Numbered from the stretch's first letter, positions 48,787 to 61,163 are shown. The stretch: 61,380 nucleotides of DNA from Thermoanaerobaculia bacterium (GCA_044869955.1 JBIOYC010000076.1:1-61380); one strand, 5' to 3'. Notes: generated by a model not told the origin, from the letters alone. Program-made: numbers and translations.

Positions 48787-50132
48787 GCGGAGGCCTCCTC
48801 GGGAACGCGGCGCCGACGCCGCCTGTCCAACCAGAGACCCAGGACGAAGGGCCCCCAGACGGCGGCCCAGACCAGAGGGAAGAGCTCCAGGGCCCTCATC
48901 TGCGCCAGGTAGGAAAGCAGCACCGATGCGGACAAGATCCGCCACGCCCACCCACTGGTCAAGACCGCCCAGGGCAGGGCCCAGAGCACGTACCAGGGGT
49001 AAACCGTCGCCGAGCAGAGCAAGAGGCCGCCGAAGAGGCGCTCGAGGCCCCGCTCGGTCGTCCCAGCTCGCCAGGCTCGAACCACTACGGGTAACATGCC
49101 GGCCGCCAGGACCAGCTTGGCCAGGAGCTGCGGATAGAGGATTGGGTACAGACGGTTCCAGCCGGAATGAAAATCCGTTGCCTCCTTCAAGGAGTCCACC
49201 ACGTCCGCCGCGAGGCGGTCGGCCCCTGTGGCGGCGAGCAGCCGCCACAGGGGCTCGTAGAACGGACCATTGAACTCCCAGGAAACGCCGAAGGTGATCA
49301 AACCCGGAGGCACCCCGGTCGAGAGCACGACCGGCAGGAGGCCAGCCGCCGCCACGCCCAGCGCGATCACCACCAACCGGCGCGGCCGGGCCGATGCTCG
49401 GGCCAGCAGAGGCAGGGCGACGATGGGCGCGTACTTGGCGAGGACACCCAGGCCCACCGCCACCCCCGAAGCCGCGGAGCGGGCGCGGGTGGCGAGGTGC
49501 AACGCCCCCAGAGTGAGCGCCACGCCAAGGACGTCCACGTGACCCATCCCGGCTCCCTCGAGTACCGGCAGCGGGTTCCAGGCGTACCAAGCCCAGGCTC
49601 CCAGCCCCAGGGCCCGGCGCCGCGCGAGCCGGCCGAGGGCCCAGCAGCCCCCCAGATCCGCGAGGGCGAGCAGCGCTCGCAGGGTAAGGCCTGGCGCCGG
49701 CGAGGGGACTGCGAGGGTGAAGAGACCGAGGGCGAGCGGTGGATAGACGGTCGGGACACCTCGATGGTGCAGGCGCGCCCAACGTTCATCGCGCAGCGGC
49801 TCGAGGCTCAGATCCTCCGGCGCCAGGCGATAGGGATTCGCGCCCGAGAGCACGACCGAGCCATCCCACAGGTAGCGCTCCAGGTCGTTCGAGAGGGTTG
49901 GCGAAAGCGTGAGGGCGAGGACCCGCAGAGTCGCCGCCACCGCGAGGCCCTGCGCCAGGGCTCTCGGCTCGAGCGCCACACCCCCGGTGCGCAACCGCCG
50001 ACTGGCCCAAACCAACGCGCCGAAGCCGGCCGTAAGAAGGCCGAGGGTGGCGGGCAGAGACCGTGCAGGATCACTCAGCAGGGCGAGGGCGGTCGTCGCG
50101 AGCAGCAGGGGAGCCGCCGCGACCCACACCAC
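48762..50132 (-). CDS. Polytopic GT-C glycosyltransferase (GT87/mannosyltransferase-like)
   Basis: LSNDLERYLWDG, NPY, TVYPP, WNPL, GHVD, VYPWY. Confidence 0.72.
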   Translation of the reverse strand: MVWVAAAPLLLATTALALLSDPARSLPATLGLLTAGFGALVWASRRLRTGGVALEPRALAQGLAVAATLRVLALTLSPTLSNDLERYLWDGSVVLSGANPYRLAPEDLSLEPLRDERWARLHHRGVPTVYPPLALGLFTLAVPSPAPGLTLRALLALADLGGCWALGRLARRRALGLGAWAWYAWNPLPVLEGAGMGHVDVLGVALTLGALHLATRARSAASGVAVGLGVLAKYAPIVALPLLARASARPRRLVVIALGVAAAGLLPVVLSTGVPPGLITFGVSWEFNGPFYEPLWRLLAATGADRLAADVVDSLKEATDFHSGWNRLYPILYPQLLAKLVLAAGMLPVVVRAWRAGTTERGLERLFGGLLLCSATVYPWYVLWALPWAVLTSGWAWRILSASVLLSYLAQMRALELFPLVWAAVWGPFVLGLWLDRRRRRRVPEEASAWSQPSTS

Positions 50133-50176
50133 AAAGCTCGCCCCACTGGGCCGCTGGGGGGACTCGGGGCCGGACG

Positions 50177-51691
50177 ATGATGTCAGAGACGGGGTTCCTC
50201 ACGGGTGCGTTGCTCGCACTCTACTACCTCCTCCTGGGAGTGCTGGCGGCCTATGGCGTCCATCGCCTGGTCCTTACAGTGGTCTACCTACGGACCCGCC
50301 TTCGGCTCCCGGCGACACCTCCGGTGCCGCGAGAGTGGCCTCACGTCACCGTCCAGCTGCCTCTCTACAACGAGATGTACGTCGTCAAGCGGCTGATCCG
50401 GGCCGTGGCCGCCCTGGACTACCCTCGCGACCGGCTGGAGATCCAGGTCCTGGACGACTCGACGGACGAGACCCTCGAAATCGTCGCCCGCGAGGTCGGC
50501 GACCACTTCGGCCGGGGTGTCGACATCCGACACCTGCGGCGCCCCGACCGGCGCGGCTTCAAGGCCGGTGCCCTGGCCCACGGCCTGAGCGCGGCGCGGG
50601 GCGAGCTGATCGCGGTCTTCGACGCCGACTTCGTGCCTGGCCCTGACTTCCTGCGTCAGACTGTGCCTCACCTGGTGGCCGACTCCGGGCTCGCGATGGT
50701 CCAGGCGCGCTGGACCCACCTGAATCGCGGCTACTCGCTGCTGACCCGCATCCAGGCCCTCTTCCTCGACGGCCACTTCGTGGTTGAGCACGCCGCTCGC
50801 CACCGTGGCGGCTGCTTCTTCAACTTCAACGGCACGGCGGGGGTGTGGCGACGGCAGGCGATCGAGGAAGCCGGTGGCTGGCAGCACGACACGGTCACCG
50901 AGGACCTGGACCTCTCCTACCGGGCGCAGCTTGCCGGCTGGCGGTTCCTGTACCTGCCCGAGGTCACCGTTCCCGCCGAGCTGCCGGTCGATATCCACGG
51001 CTTCAAGAGCCAGCAGCGGCGGTGGGCCAAGGGCTCGTTGCAGACGGGCCGCAAGCTCCTCGGGCGCGTCCTCCGCGCTCGGCTGCCCTGGAGGGTCAAG
51101 CTCGAGGCCCTGATCCACCTGACCAACAACGCCTCCTATCTCTTGATGGTGGCGCTCTCGCTCCTGGTCTTCCCGGCGATGGTGCTGCGCCGGGGCTCCC
51201 CGGGCTCGGTGCTGCTGCTGGTGGACCTGCCGCTCTTGCTGGCCGCCACCGCCTCCGTGTTGTTCTTCTACGCCGTGAGCCAGCAGGCCCAGCAGAAACC
51301 CGGCGAGCTGCGCTTCCTGCCGGCGGTGATGGGACTCGGCATCGGTCTCGCGCTGTCGAACAGCCAGGCGGTGATCGCCGGCCTGTTCCGACCCGGTGGC
51401 GTCTTCGAGCGGACCCCCAAGTACGCGGTGATGAGCCGGGGGGACGCCTGGCAAGGCAAGCGCTACCGGAGCCCGGTCGGACTGACCACCTGGCTTGAGG
51501 GGCTCTTTGCCCTCTACTTCCTGGGCTGCTTCCTCTACGCCATCGCCGTCGGGATGCTCGCCTCCCTACCCTTCCTCTACCTTTTCCTCCAGGGCTACGC
51601 CTACGTCTTCCTGCTCTCGGCCGCTCCGCTCTGGCGTCCCCCGGGCCGAGGCAGCCAGGCGCCGATACCCAGCGACGTTGGTTTCGGGTAG
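50177..51691 (+). CDS. Membrane GT2 glycosyltransferase (CslA/cellulose-synthase-like)
   Basis: QLPLYNE, LDDS, GFKAGAL, FDADF, TEDLD, QQRRW. Confidence 0.9.
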   Translation: MMSETGFLTGALLALYYLLLGVLAAYGVHRLVLTVVYLRTRLRLPATPPVPREWPHVTVQLPLYNEMYVVKRLIRAVAALDYPRDRLEIQVLDDSTDETLEIVAREVGDHFGRGVDIRHLRRPDRRGFKAGALAHGLSAARGELIAVFDADFVPGPDFLRQTVPHLVADSGLAMVQARWTHLNRGYSLLTRIQALFLDGHFVVEHAARHRGGCFFNFNGTAGVWRRQAIEEAGGWQHDTVTEDLDLSYRAQLAGWRFLYLPEVTVPAELPVDIHGFKSQQRRWAKGSLQTGRKLLGRVLRARLPWRVKLEALIHLTNNASYLLMVALSLLVFPAMVLRRGSPGSVLLLVDLPLLLAATASVLFFYAVSQQAQQKPGELRFLPAVMGLGIGLALSNSQAVIAGLFRPGGVFERTPKYAVMSRGDAWQGKRYRSPVGLTTWLEGLFALYFLGCFLYAIAVGMLASLPFLYLFLQGYAYVFLLSAAPLWRPPGRGSQAPIPSDVGFG

Positions 51692-51706
51692 TCTCAACAA
51701 ACCATC

Positions 51707-52252
51707 ATGTTCCTGGAAAGCCGCCCGGTCCCCTCGATCGCCCTGCGACCGGTGAGCCCCAAGGACGCCGACCTGTTGTGGCGCTGGCGGGGAGAGTGGA
51801 GCGTCCGGCGCTTCCAGCCCCTGCACGACCTGACCCCGGCCCAGCTGCGAACTGAGCTGACCCAGCAGCGCATCGGTGACCTCTACCAGGGCCGGGGCGG
51901 CAAGTTCCAGTGGATCGTCTCGAGCGAGGGCCGGCCGGCCGGGTGGGTCACTCTGGTGGTCAACAACTGGGATCACGGCCTGGCCGAGGTGGGCTACGCC
52001 CTGGCCTCGTCCTACCAGAGCCGCGGCGTGATGACCTCGGCCCTCTCCCTGCTGGTCGGCGACGTCTTCCACCACACCAGCCTCGAGCGTCTCGAAGCCC
52101 GCTGTGCGGTCGACAACGTGGCCTCGAAGCGGGTGCTCGAGAAGAACGGCTTCTGCTGCGAGGGGATCCTGCGCTCCTACTTCAAGCTTCGGGGCAAACG
52201 GATCGACAACTATCTCTTCGCCTTGCTGCGCTCCGAGTTCCTCGGCCGCTGA
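51707..52252 (+). CDS. GNAT acetyltransferase (RimJ/RimL-like)
   Basis: AEVGYAL, QSRGV, NVASKRVLEKNGF..EG.LR. Confidence 0.88.
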   Translation: MFLESRPVPSIALRPVSPKDADLLWRWRGEWSVRRFQPLHDLTPAQLRTELTQQRIGDLYQGRGGKFQWIVSSEGRPAGWVTLVVNNWDHGLAEVGYALASSYQSRGVMTSALSLLVGDVFHHTSLERLEARCAVDNVASKRVLEKNGFCCEGILRSYFKLRGKRIDNYLFALLRSEFLGR

Positions 52253-52261
52253 GCGGTCGAG

Positions 52262-54490
<2,229 letters not shown>

Positions 54491-54496
54491 AGCGCG

Positions 54497-56101
54497 TCAG
54501 ATCACCGGGCCGGCTGCCCGAACCTCGGCCGAGACGCCGCTGGCGAACTTCTCGAAGTTCTCGCGGAACATCCCGGCGAGACGGGCCGCCGTCTCGTCGT
54601 AGGCTGCCTTGTCCGCCCACTGCTCGCGCGGCGTCAGCACCTCCTGGGGCACGCCGAGGATGTGCTCGGGGACCATCACTCCGAAGGTGCCGGGGCGCAT
54701 CGGCGCGTGGTCCAGCTCACCGTGGAGCGCGGCCGAGACCATCCGCCGGGTATAGGACAGCTTGATGCGCGAGCCCACCCCGTACGAGCCGCCGGTCCAG
54801 CCGGTGTTGACCAGCCACACCTTCGCCCCGTGGCGGGAGATCTTCTGCCCGAGGAGCTCGGCGTAGACCCCGGGATGGAGCGGCATGAAGGGAGAGCCGA
54901 AGCAAACGCTGAAGGTCACGGTCGGCTCGGTGATGCCCTTCTCGGTGCCGGCTACCTTGGCGGTGTAGCCGGAGAGGAAGTGGTACATCGCCTGCGCCTC
55001 GGTCAGGCGGCTGATCGGGGGCAGCACGCCGAAGGCATCGCAGGTCAGGTAGATGATGTTCTTGGGGTGTCCGGCGCAGCCGCCGAGGTCCACCTTGGGC
55101 AGGTGGGTCAGCGGATAGCTCGAACGGGTGTTCTCGGTCAGAGAGTCGTCGTCGAGGTCCAGGACCCGGGTCTCGGGATCGAAGACGACGTTCTCGAGCA
55201 CGGTGCCGAATCGGCGGGTGGTGGCGTAGATGTCCGGCTCGCCCTCGGGCGAGAGGCGGATCACCTTGGCGTAACAGCCTCCTTCGACGTTGAAGACGCC
55301 ATCGTCACTCCAGCCGTGCTCGTCGTCCCCGATCAGAGTGCGCTCGGGATCCGCCGAGAGGGTGGTCTTGCCCGTGCCCGAGAGGCCGAAGAAGAGCGCC
55401 ACGTCCTCCGGCCCGACGCCGTAATTGGCGCTGCAGTGCATGGACATCACGCCCTGCTTTGGCAGCAGGTAGTTCATCACCGTGAAGATGCTCTTTTTGA
55501 TCTCGCCGGCGTAGACCGTGCCACCGATCAGCACCGAACGCTGCTCGAAGTCGAGCAGGATGAAGGTCGAGCTGGCGGTACCGTCGGCCTGCGGGTCGGC
55601 GAGGAAGCCGCCTACGTCGATCACCGTGAACGCGGGCTGGAAGTCCAGCAGGCGAGAGCCCTCGGTCTCCGGGATGAACATGTTGCGAGCGAACAGGTTG
55701 TGCCAGGCGTACTCGGTGATCACCCGCACGGGCAGGCGGTAGCGGGGATCGGCTCCCGCGTAGCCGTCGAAGACGTAGAGGTCTCGGCCCTCGCAGTAGG
55801 CGCCGATGCGCGTGCGGAGGCGGTCGAAGGTGGCCCGGTCGGTGGCCTTGTTGGACTTGCCCCACCAGATTTCGCCTTCGCTGGTCGGGTCGCGGACCAC
55901 GAACTTGTCGTTGGGGGAGCGGCCGGTGTGCTGGCCGGTATGGGCGACCAGCGGCCCTTCGGCGGCGATCCAGCCCTCATCGCGCCGGACGGCGTGCTCG
56001 TAGAGCTGGGAGGGGGGAAGGTTCCAGTAGACGGTGCGGGCGCCGCGGATGCCCTGCTCGTCGATCCCATGACGGCTGATGAACGGTCCTCGGTTCTCCA
56101 T
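54497..56101 (-). CDS. pckA: Phosphoenolpyruvate carboxykinase (ATP)
   Basis: [45 protein letters not shown]. Confidence 0.97.
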   Translation of the reverse strand: MENRGPFISRHGIDEQGIRGARTVYWNLPPSQLYEHAVRRDEGWIAAEGPLVAHTGQHTGRSPNDKFVVRDPTSEGEIWWGKSNKATDRATFDRLRTRIGAYCEGRDLYVFDGYAGADPRYRLPVRVITEYAWHNLFARNMFIPETEGSRLLDFQPAFTVIDVGGFLADPQADGTASSTFILLDFEQRSVLIGGTVYAGEIKKSIFTVMNYLLPKQGVMSMHCSANYGVGPEDVALFFGLSGTGKTTLSADPERTLIGDDEHGWSDDGVFNVEGGCYAKVIRLSPEGEPDIYATTRRFGTVLENVVFDPETRVLDLDDDSLTENTRSSYPLTHLPKVDLGGCAGHPKNIIYLTCDAFGVLPPISRLTEAQAMYHFLSGYTAKVAGTEKGITEPTVTFSVCFGSPFMPLHPGVYAELLGQKISRHGAKVWLVNTGWTGGSYGVGSRIKLSYTRRMVSAALHGELDHAPMRPGTFGVMVPEHILGVPQEVLTPREQWADKAAYDETAARLAGMFRENFEKFASGVSAEVRAAGPVI

Positions 56102-56252
56102 GGCAATCAGGTCTCGCGGGAAGCCGGTTTCCCGGGGAAATGGAAGTTGGGGGCCAGGTTTCGGGTGGCCGGCAGTGTAACCCCTACGGCAGGCAACGCC
56201 AACGGGGGAGCCGGCGGATGAGCAGCCATCGTATAGGATCCAGGCGAGCCAT

Positions 56253-57881
56253 ATGAACGTCACGGGACGAACCGCCCTGGTTCTGGGTGGCGCCGGTCTG
56301 GTCGGTGTCGCCGTCGTACGCGAGCTGCTCCAGCGCAAAGCGCGGGAGATCCGAATCCACAGCCTGAGACGAGACGAGACCGAGGCCGCGCTGGCGGAGC
56401 TGGCCGGAGCGGCCGGCGAGACCCGTCTCTCCGGTTCCTGGGGGGATGTCTTCGGCTTGGTCGAGGAAGCCTCGAGACGACGGCAGATCGCCGCGCAGCT
56501 GGCCCCGCTCACGACCGAGGACCTTCCTCGCTTCCGCCTCTACGCGTTGCTCTCCGAGGTCCGGCCCGACCTGGTGGTCGACTGCATCAACACCGCCACC
56601 GGCATCGCCTACCGGGATGCCTTTCGCGCCGCCTCGAGCGTCTTCGGTGAGCTCGAGGCGGGACAGATCTCCGAGGAAAGCGCCGAGAGCCTGCTCGAGG
56701 CCCTCTACATCCCGCGCCTGATCCGACACGTCCAGGTGCTCTACCGGGGCATGACCGACGCCGAGACTCGCGTCTACGTGAAGGTGGGCACCAGCGGTAC
56801 CGGAGGCATGGGCCTCAACATCCCCTACACCCACTCCGAGGAACGCCCCAGCCGGGTCCTGCTCGCCAAGAGCGCCGTGGCCGGGGCGCAGTCGATGCTG
56901 CTCTTTCTCATGGCCCGCACCCCGGGCGCGCCCATCATCAAGGAGATCAAGCCGGCGGCGGCGATCGCCTGGAAGCGCATCGACCATGGCCCGATCGCCC
57001 GCCGGGGCGAGCCCATCCACCGGGTGAGAGCTCGGCCCCTGCCCCTGCCCGACCGCTTCTCGAGCCTGGACGCCGCGGCCGCCGAAGTGCGTGAGGAGGT
57101 GCTCGAGTCGGTGTTCATCGACACCGGCGAGAACGGCATCTTCAGCCTCGAAGAGTTCGCGGCCCTGACCACCGCCGAACAGATGGAGTTTGTGACGCCG
57201 GAGGAGATCGCCCAGTACATGCTGTTCGAGATCGAGGGTGGCAACACCGGCCACGACGTCATCAACGCGCTCGACAACGCCGTGCTCGGACCCACCTACC
57301 GCGCCGGCCTGCTCCGCCACTGGGCCCTCGAGCGGATGAGCGAGCTCGAGCGGACCCACGGCACCCGCAGTGTCGCCTTCGAGATGCTCGGCCCGCCCCG
57401 CCTGTCCAAGCTGCTCTTCGAAGCCCACCTCCTGCGCGAGACGTTCGGCACGATGAACTCGGTGATCGCCGCCGGTGCGGAGGAGGTCTGTCGCCAGCTC
57501 AATCAGAAGGTGCTCTCGGAGCCCGAGCTGGCCAACGACGTGGTGGCGGTGGGCGTCCCGATCCTGCTCGCCGACGGCCGGCTCCTGCGCGGGACGAAGG
57601 TGCTGGTCCCCTCGGAGGCCGAGGGGGAGCCAGTGACCCAGGCCAAGCTCGAGTCCTGGGTACACGACGGCTGGGTGGATCTGCGCAGCGCCAATTGTGC
57701 CCGTTGGGTCGCGCGGCTGGTGACCATCCTCGAGGAGGTGGATCGCATCCCGCCGGGAGATACCTCGAGCCGGTTCCTGCGTACCCGCCAGTTCTGGCAG
57801 GAAGGGGGGTCCATCCAGCCCGGCAAGGTGGTCGGCTGGATCCTGGCAATCGAGGAGCGGGGAGGCCGGATCAAGCGCTGA
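56253..57881 (+). CDS. Uncharacterised Rossmann-fold (SDR-like N-terminus) protein, 542 aa
   Basis: [12 protein letters not shown]; VVDCINTAT; [21 protein letters not shown]; good codon usage. Confidence 0.75.
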   Translation: MNVTGRTALVLGGAGLVGVAVVRELLQRKAREIRIHSLRRDETEAALAELAGAAGETRLSGSWGDVFGLVEEASRRRQIAAQLAPLTTEDLPRFRLYALLSEVRPDLVVDCINTATGIAYRDAFRAASSVFGELEAGQISEESAESLLEALYIPRLIRHVQVLYRGMTDAETRVYVKVGTSGTGGMGLNIPYTHSEERPSRVLLAKSAVAGAQSMLLFLMARTPGAPIIKEIKPAAAIAWKRIDHGPIARRGEPIHRVRARPLPLPDRFSSLDAAAAEVREEVLESVFIDTGENGIFSLEEFAALTTAEQMEFVTPEEIAQYMLFEIEGGNTGHDVINALDNAVLGPTYRAGLLRHWALERMSELERTHGTRSVAFEMLGPPRLSKLLFEAHLLRETFGTMNSVIAAGAEEVCRQLNQKVLSEPELANDVVAVGVPILLADGRLLRGTKVLVPSEAEGEPVTQAKLESWVHDGWVDLRSANCARWVARLVTILEEVDRIPPGDTSSRFLRTRQFWQEGGSIQPGKVVGWILAIEERGGRIKR

Positions 57882-57928
57882 TCCCCGACCACTGTTCATC
57901 TCTCTCCGGGGAGTGCATAATAACCACC

Positions 57929-58159
57929 ATGTTCGCTGCCAAGCTGTCCAACCATCGTCAGCCGCTGCTTCTCGTCGACCGCCTGCGGCCCCAGGTCAGC
58001 GAGGTCTTCACTCGCCACCAGGTGCCCGAGCACGACGCCGAGCGAATCGTCCAGGAGCTGGTGATCGCCCTGCTCTACAAGTGGGACGGCATCACCAACC
58101 ATGAGCACTGGCTCCTGAGGACCCTCGAGCAGAAGTGCTTGCGGCTGTACGGCGCCTGA
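57929..58159 (+). CDS. 76-aa protein resembling ECF sigma factor region 2 only
   Basis: LRPQV...VPEHDAERIVQELVIALLYKWDGITNHEHWLLRTLEQKC matches the ECF DAEDxxQE...WL pattern; no region 4. Confidence 0.6.
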   Translation: MFAAKLSNHRQPLLLVDRLRPQVSEVFTRHQVPEHDAERIVQELVIALLYKWDGITNHEHWLLRTLEQKCLRLYGA

Positions 58160-58277
58160 GCCCGGGCTGAGAGCCTCGGCGCCCGAGGCGCTGCCTCGCG
58201 AAGGGGCTGTCGACAGGCTGACCTCGCCGCTCCCGGATTCGTTTTGTCGCCCATCCTGAACGATTTGCACTCCGAAA

Positions 58278-59072
58278 CTAATGTCTACGTAGTAGCTCTT
58301 GCAGGTTCTGCTGGAGCCAGCTCTCGGCTCGGCTGAAGAGCTCGAAGCGTCGCTCCGCCTCGCGGAACTCTGGAGGGTGCAAGCGGCGCCGGCCCCTGCC
58401 CTCGACCGGCGGGGGCAGCGCTGCATGCAGTAACTCGTGGTAGATGACCGCCTCCACCACGTACCGGGGCACGCTGGGATGGTCCATGGCGCGGTGGATG
58501 CGCACCACGTTGGTGGCGTAGCAGTAGCTGCCCAAGCGGATCGACGTCCGCTTGCGAGGCCTCCCGCCTCTGCTGGCTGTGGCCTGGCCCCAGCCGATGT
58601 CGACGGTGAGCCGACCGGCGAAGTAGCGCTGGTTGACCGCGTCCCGGAGCGCAGCGAGGTCGAAGTTGCGACCGACCGGATCGAGAGCCCGGGGAGGCTG
58701 CGCCACCTTGCTGCCCTGCTTCTTCTCCGCGGAGCTTTCCTTGAAGTAGCGCCGGATCACCTCGAGGCAGGAGCGCCTCTCCCGGCCGCGGCCGAGCACC
58801 CATCGAGCCAGGGCGCGCAGGACCTCCTCGGGGGCACGCAAGAACGAGCGGTCGAGCCGCAGCGCCAAGTCCGCCGAGCCGCCCTCGAGGGGCCGCACCG
58901 AGACGATCCGCTGCCGGTTGTCGGTCAGGGTCAGGGCCACCGTTCGGCCGCGCAACAGGGATCCGAGGCGGCGGGCGAGACCGTCCTCGTTGGCGGACTT
59001 GCCCAGGTCCGGGGCGGCCGGCAGGTCCTCCGTGAAGAGATCTAACTGAGCAGAGTCGGAACCACGCTTCAT
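58278..59072 (-). CDS. SprT-like zinc metalloprotease with an N-terminal QLDLF motif
   Basis: VNQRYFAGRL...IGW, RLGSY, YHELLH, RLHPPEF; start MKRGSDSAQLDLF. Confidence 0.75.
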   Translation of the reverse strand: MKRGSDSAQLDLFTEDLPAAPDLGKSANEDGLARRLGSLLRGRTVALTLTDNRQRIVSVRPLEGGSADLALRLDRSFLRAPEEVLRALARWVLGRGRERRSCLEVIRRYFKESSAEKKQGSKVAQPPRALDPVGRNFDLAALRDAVNQRYFAGRLTVDIGWGQATASRGGRPRKRTSIRLGSYCYATNVVRIHRAMDHPSVPRYVVEAVIYHELLHAALPPPVEGRGRRRLHPPEFREAERRFELFSRAESWLQQNLQELLRRH

Positions 59073-59118
59073 GGTGCTCGGCCCATTCTGCCAGAGGGCG
59101 ACCGCTTCCGAGAAGGTC

Positions 59119-59134
59119 TGGCACCCTCCTTGCT
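59119..59134 (+). promoter_or_regulatory. sigma54 -24/-12 promoter of the beta-barrel gene
   Basis: TGGCAC-CCTCC-TTGCT, an exact consensus match 52 nt upstream of the ATG. Confidence 0.8.
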
Positions 59135-59186
59135 CGATGCCCCGTCGACGGCAAACGAGCCGCATGCGAGTGGAGGAGACACGACG

Positions 59187-59894
59187 ATGAGACTTCCAAC
59201 CCTGGCAGCTGCCGCTGCACTTGTCTTGATGGTCGCCGGCCTTCCGGCCACGGCCCAGTCCCGCAGGTCCTTCTCCTATGACAATTCCCTCCGCATCTCC
59301 GCGGGTGTCTTCGAGCCCGAGGGAGACTCCGAGTACTGGGAGGACGCCGAGCTGGACTTCGCGGGCGAAGCCAGTGACTTCGAGGACCTCACTCTCTCGA
59401 TCGACTACGTCCGTGAGCTGCGCGGGAACCTCCGCCTGGTGGTCGGCGGGTCGATCTACGAAGGCTCCGACACCCTGGCCTACCGCGACTTCGTCGACAC
59501 CAACGACGACCCGATCGTGCACGACACCACCCTGACCATCGCCGCGGCCACCCTCGGCCTCGAATTCCGGCTGGCTCCCCGCACCTCACCCGTGGTGCCC
59601 TATCTGGGTGCCGGGGCGGGCCTCTACTCCTGGAGCCTGGAAGAATCCGGGGACTTCGTGGACTTCGGCGTGACGCCGCTCGAGATCTTCTCGGCGGACT
59701 TCGACGACGATGGCGTCACCGCCGGCTATTGGCTCGCCGCCGGGCTCGACGTGCCGGTGAGCTCCTCGCTCACCTTTTTCGCCCGTGGCCGCTGGCACTT
59801 CGCGGAGGACGACCTCGAGGGCGACTTCGAGGATCTGGGCGAGCTGGACCTGTCCGGCCAGGAGATTGCCGCAGGGCTCTCCTGGAGCTTCTGA
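59187..59894 (+). CDS. Small outer-membrane beta-barrel protein
   Basis: GGAGG RBS; signal peptide; PYLGAGAG; C-terminal GLSWSF beta-signal. Confidence 0.85.
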   Translation: MRLPTLAAAAALVLMVAGLPATAQSRRSFSYDNSLRISAGVFEPEGDSEYWEDAELDFAGEASDFEDLTLSIDYVRELRGNLRLVVGGSIYEGSDTLAYRDFVDTNDDPIVHDTTLTIAAATLGLEFRLAPRTSPVVPYLGAGAGLYSWSLEESGDFVDFGVTPLEIFSADFDDDGVTAGYWLAAGLDVPVSSSLTFFARGRWHFAEDDLEGDFEDLGELDLSGQEIAAGLSWSF

Positions 59895-59950
59895 CCACCT
59901 CTCCGGCCTGCACCGGGCGCCTTCGACCCGCCGCGGGCTCCCTTCCCCCA

Positions 59951-59990
59951 GGGCCGCCGGCTCTCGCGCGGGCCGGCGGCCCCCCTTCTC
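59951..59990 (+). terminator. GC-rich hairpin between convergent genes
   Basis: GGGCCGCCGGCTC-N6-GGGCCGGCGGCCC followed by a pyrimidine tract. Confidence 0.5.
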
Positions 59991-59991
59991 C

Positions 59992-60444
59992 TCAAGCCCT
60001 GGGACGGAGCAGCCCGAGTAGGATCTCTCCCGCCTCGGCCAGCAGCCGCTGCTCCTCGGGTGCGAGGACCGCGAGGCGATCGGCGAGGAGCCGGATCCGC
60101 CGCTGGCGCCCCTCCTCCAGGACCTGTCTCCCCTTCTCGGTCGCTTCCAGGCGCTGGACCCGGCGATCCTCGGGATCCGGCAGGCGGGCAACCAGGCTCT
60201 CCCTTTCGAGGGCCGCCACGATGTGGCTCATGGTCGGCGCCGTGACCTGCTCGGCCCGGGCGAGGTCGCCGGGAGAGATCGGGCCCGCGAACACGACCAC
60301 GGACAAGGCAGACAGGCGGGCGGGCGACAGGCCGGTCCGGTCGTCGTCGCGGCGGACGGTGCGCAGGAGAGCGATGGCTGCGGAGTGGAGTCGGTCGGCC
60401 ACACGGTTGAGGGGCTCGACTTCCGGGCTTGCTTTCGGTCCCAT
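59992..60444 (-). CDS. MarR-family transcriptional regulator
   Basis: LSPARLSAL, DLARAEQVTAPTMSHIVAALE, DPEDRR...TEKGR. Confidence 0.93.
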   Translation of the reverse strand: MGPKASPEVEPLNRVADRLHSAAIALLRTVRRDDDRTGLSPARLSALSVVVFAGPISPGDLARAEQVTAPTMSHIVAALERESLVARLPDPEDRRVQRLEATEKGRQVLEEGRQRRIRLLADRLAVLAPEEQRLLAEAGEILLGLLRPRA

Positions 60445-60454
60445 GGGGGCATTA

Positions 60455-60473
60455 TAGTTAGCTTGGCTAACTA
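60455..60473. promoter_or_regulatory. Palindromic MarR-type operator overlapping the marR -10 box
   Basis: TAGTTAGC-TTG-GCTAACTA; minus-strand TATAAT at 60451-60456. Confidence 0.75.
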
Positions 60474-60503
60474 AATAAACCCGCGAACCGAGGAGTGTGA
60501 GCC

Positions 60504-61151
60504 ATGGCCGGACGGCGCGAAGCGATCGAGGCGATTCAGAAGGGGAAGGCCGAGACCCTGCGGACCCTCCTGTTCGAGGAGCCCGCTCTGGCCACCGCCC
60601 GGGACGATCAGGGAGTCTCGCTCCTGATGCTGACTCTCTACTACCGCCAGGAGGAGATGACTGAGGCCGTCCTCGCCCGCAGCACCGAGCTCGACCTCTT
60701 CGAAGCCGCGGCCCTGGGCCGCTTCGCGAGGGTCCGGCAGCTTCTCGACGCCGACCCGCACCTGCTCTCCGCCTTCTCTCCGGACGGCTTCACCGCCCTC
60801 CATCTCGCGGCGTTCTTCGGCCACGAAGAGACCGCGTCCTTGCTCCTCGATCGCGGCGCGCCGGTCAATGCCACCGCCCGCAACCCGATGCGGGTGGCGC
60901 CCCTCCACAGCGCCGTGGCGGCGGGAGCGGCGGAGATCGTGTCGCGCCTGCTCGCCGCCGGGGCCGACGTCAACGCCGTCCAGCAAGCCGGCTTCACGCC
61001 GCTGATGGGTGCTGCCGCCGGTGGCCGCCGGCAGATGGTCGAAGAGCTGCTGCGCTACGGTGCCGATCCGGCTGCCACGAGCGACGGCGGCAAGAGCGCA
61101 CGCGATCTCGCGCTCGAGCGGGGGCACGAGGGCTTGGTCGACCTGCTCTGA
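60504..61151 (+). CDS. Ankyrin-repeat protein
   Basis: DGFTALHLAAFFG, APLHSAV, GFTPLMGAA, GADVN. Confidence 0.92.
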   Translation: MAGRREAIEAIQKGKAETLRTLLFEEPALATARDDQGVSLLMLTLYYRQEEMTEAVLARSTELDLFEAAALGRFARVRQLLDADPHLLSAFSPDGFTALHLAAFFGHEETASLLLDRGAPVNATARNPMRVAPLHSAVAAGAAEIVSRLLAAGADVNAVQQAGFTPLMGAAAGGRRQMVEELLRYGADPAATSDGGKSARDLALERGHEGLVDLL

Positions 61152-61163
61152 CCGCCGCCTCGA

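Noticed and set aside
58160-58277. Short hairpins between the sigma2-like and SprT-like genes
   Set aside because: Short GC stems expected by chance; no U-tract or recognisable motif.
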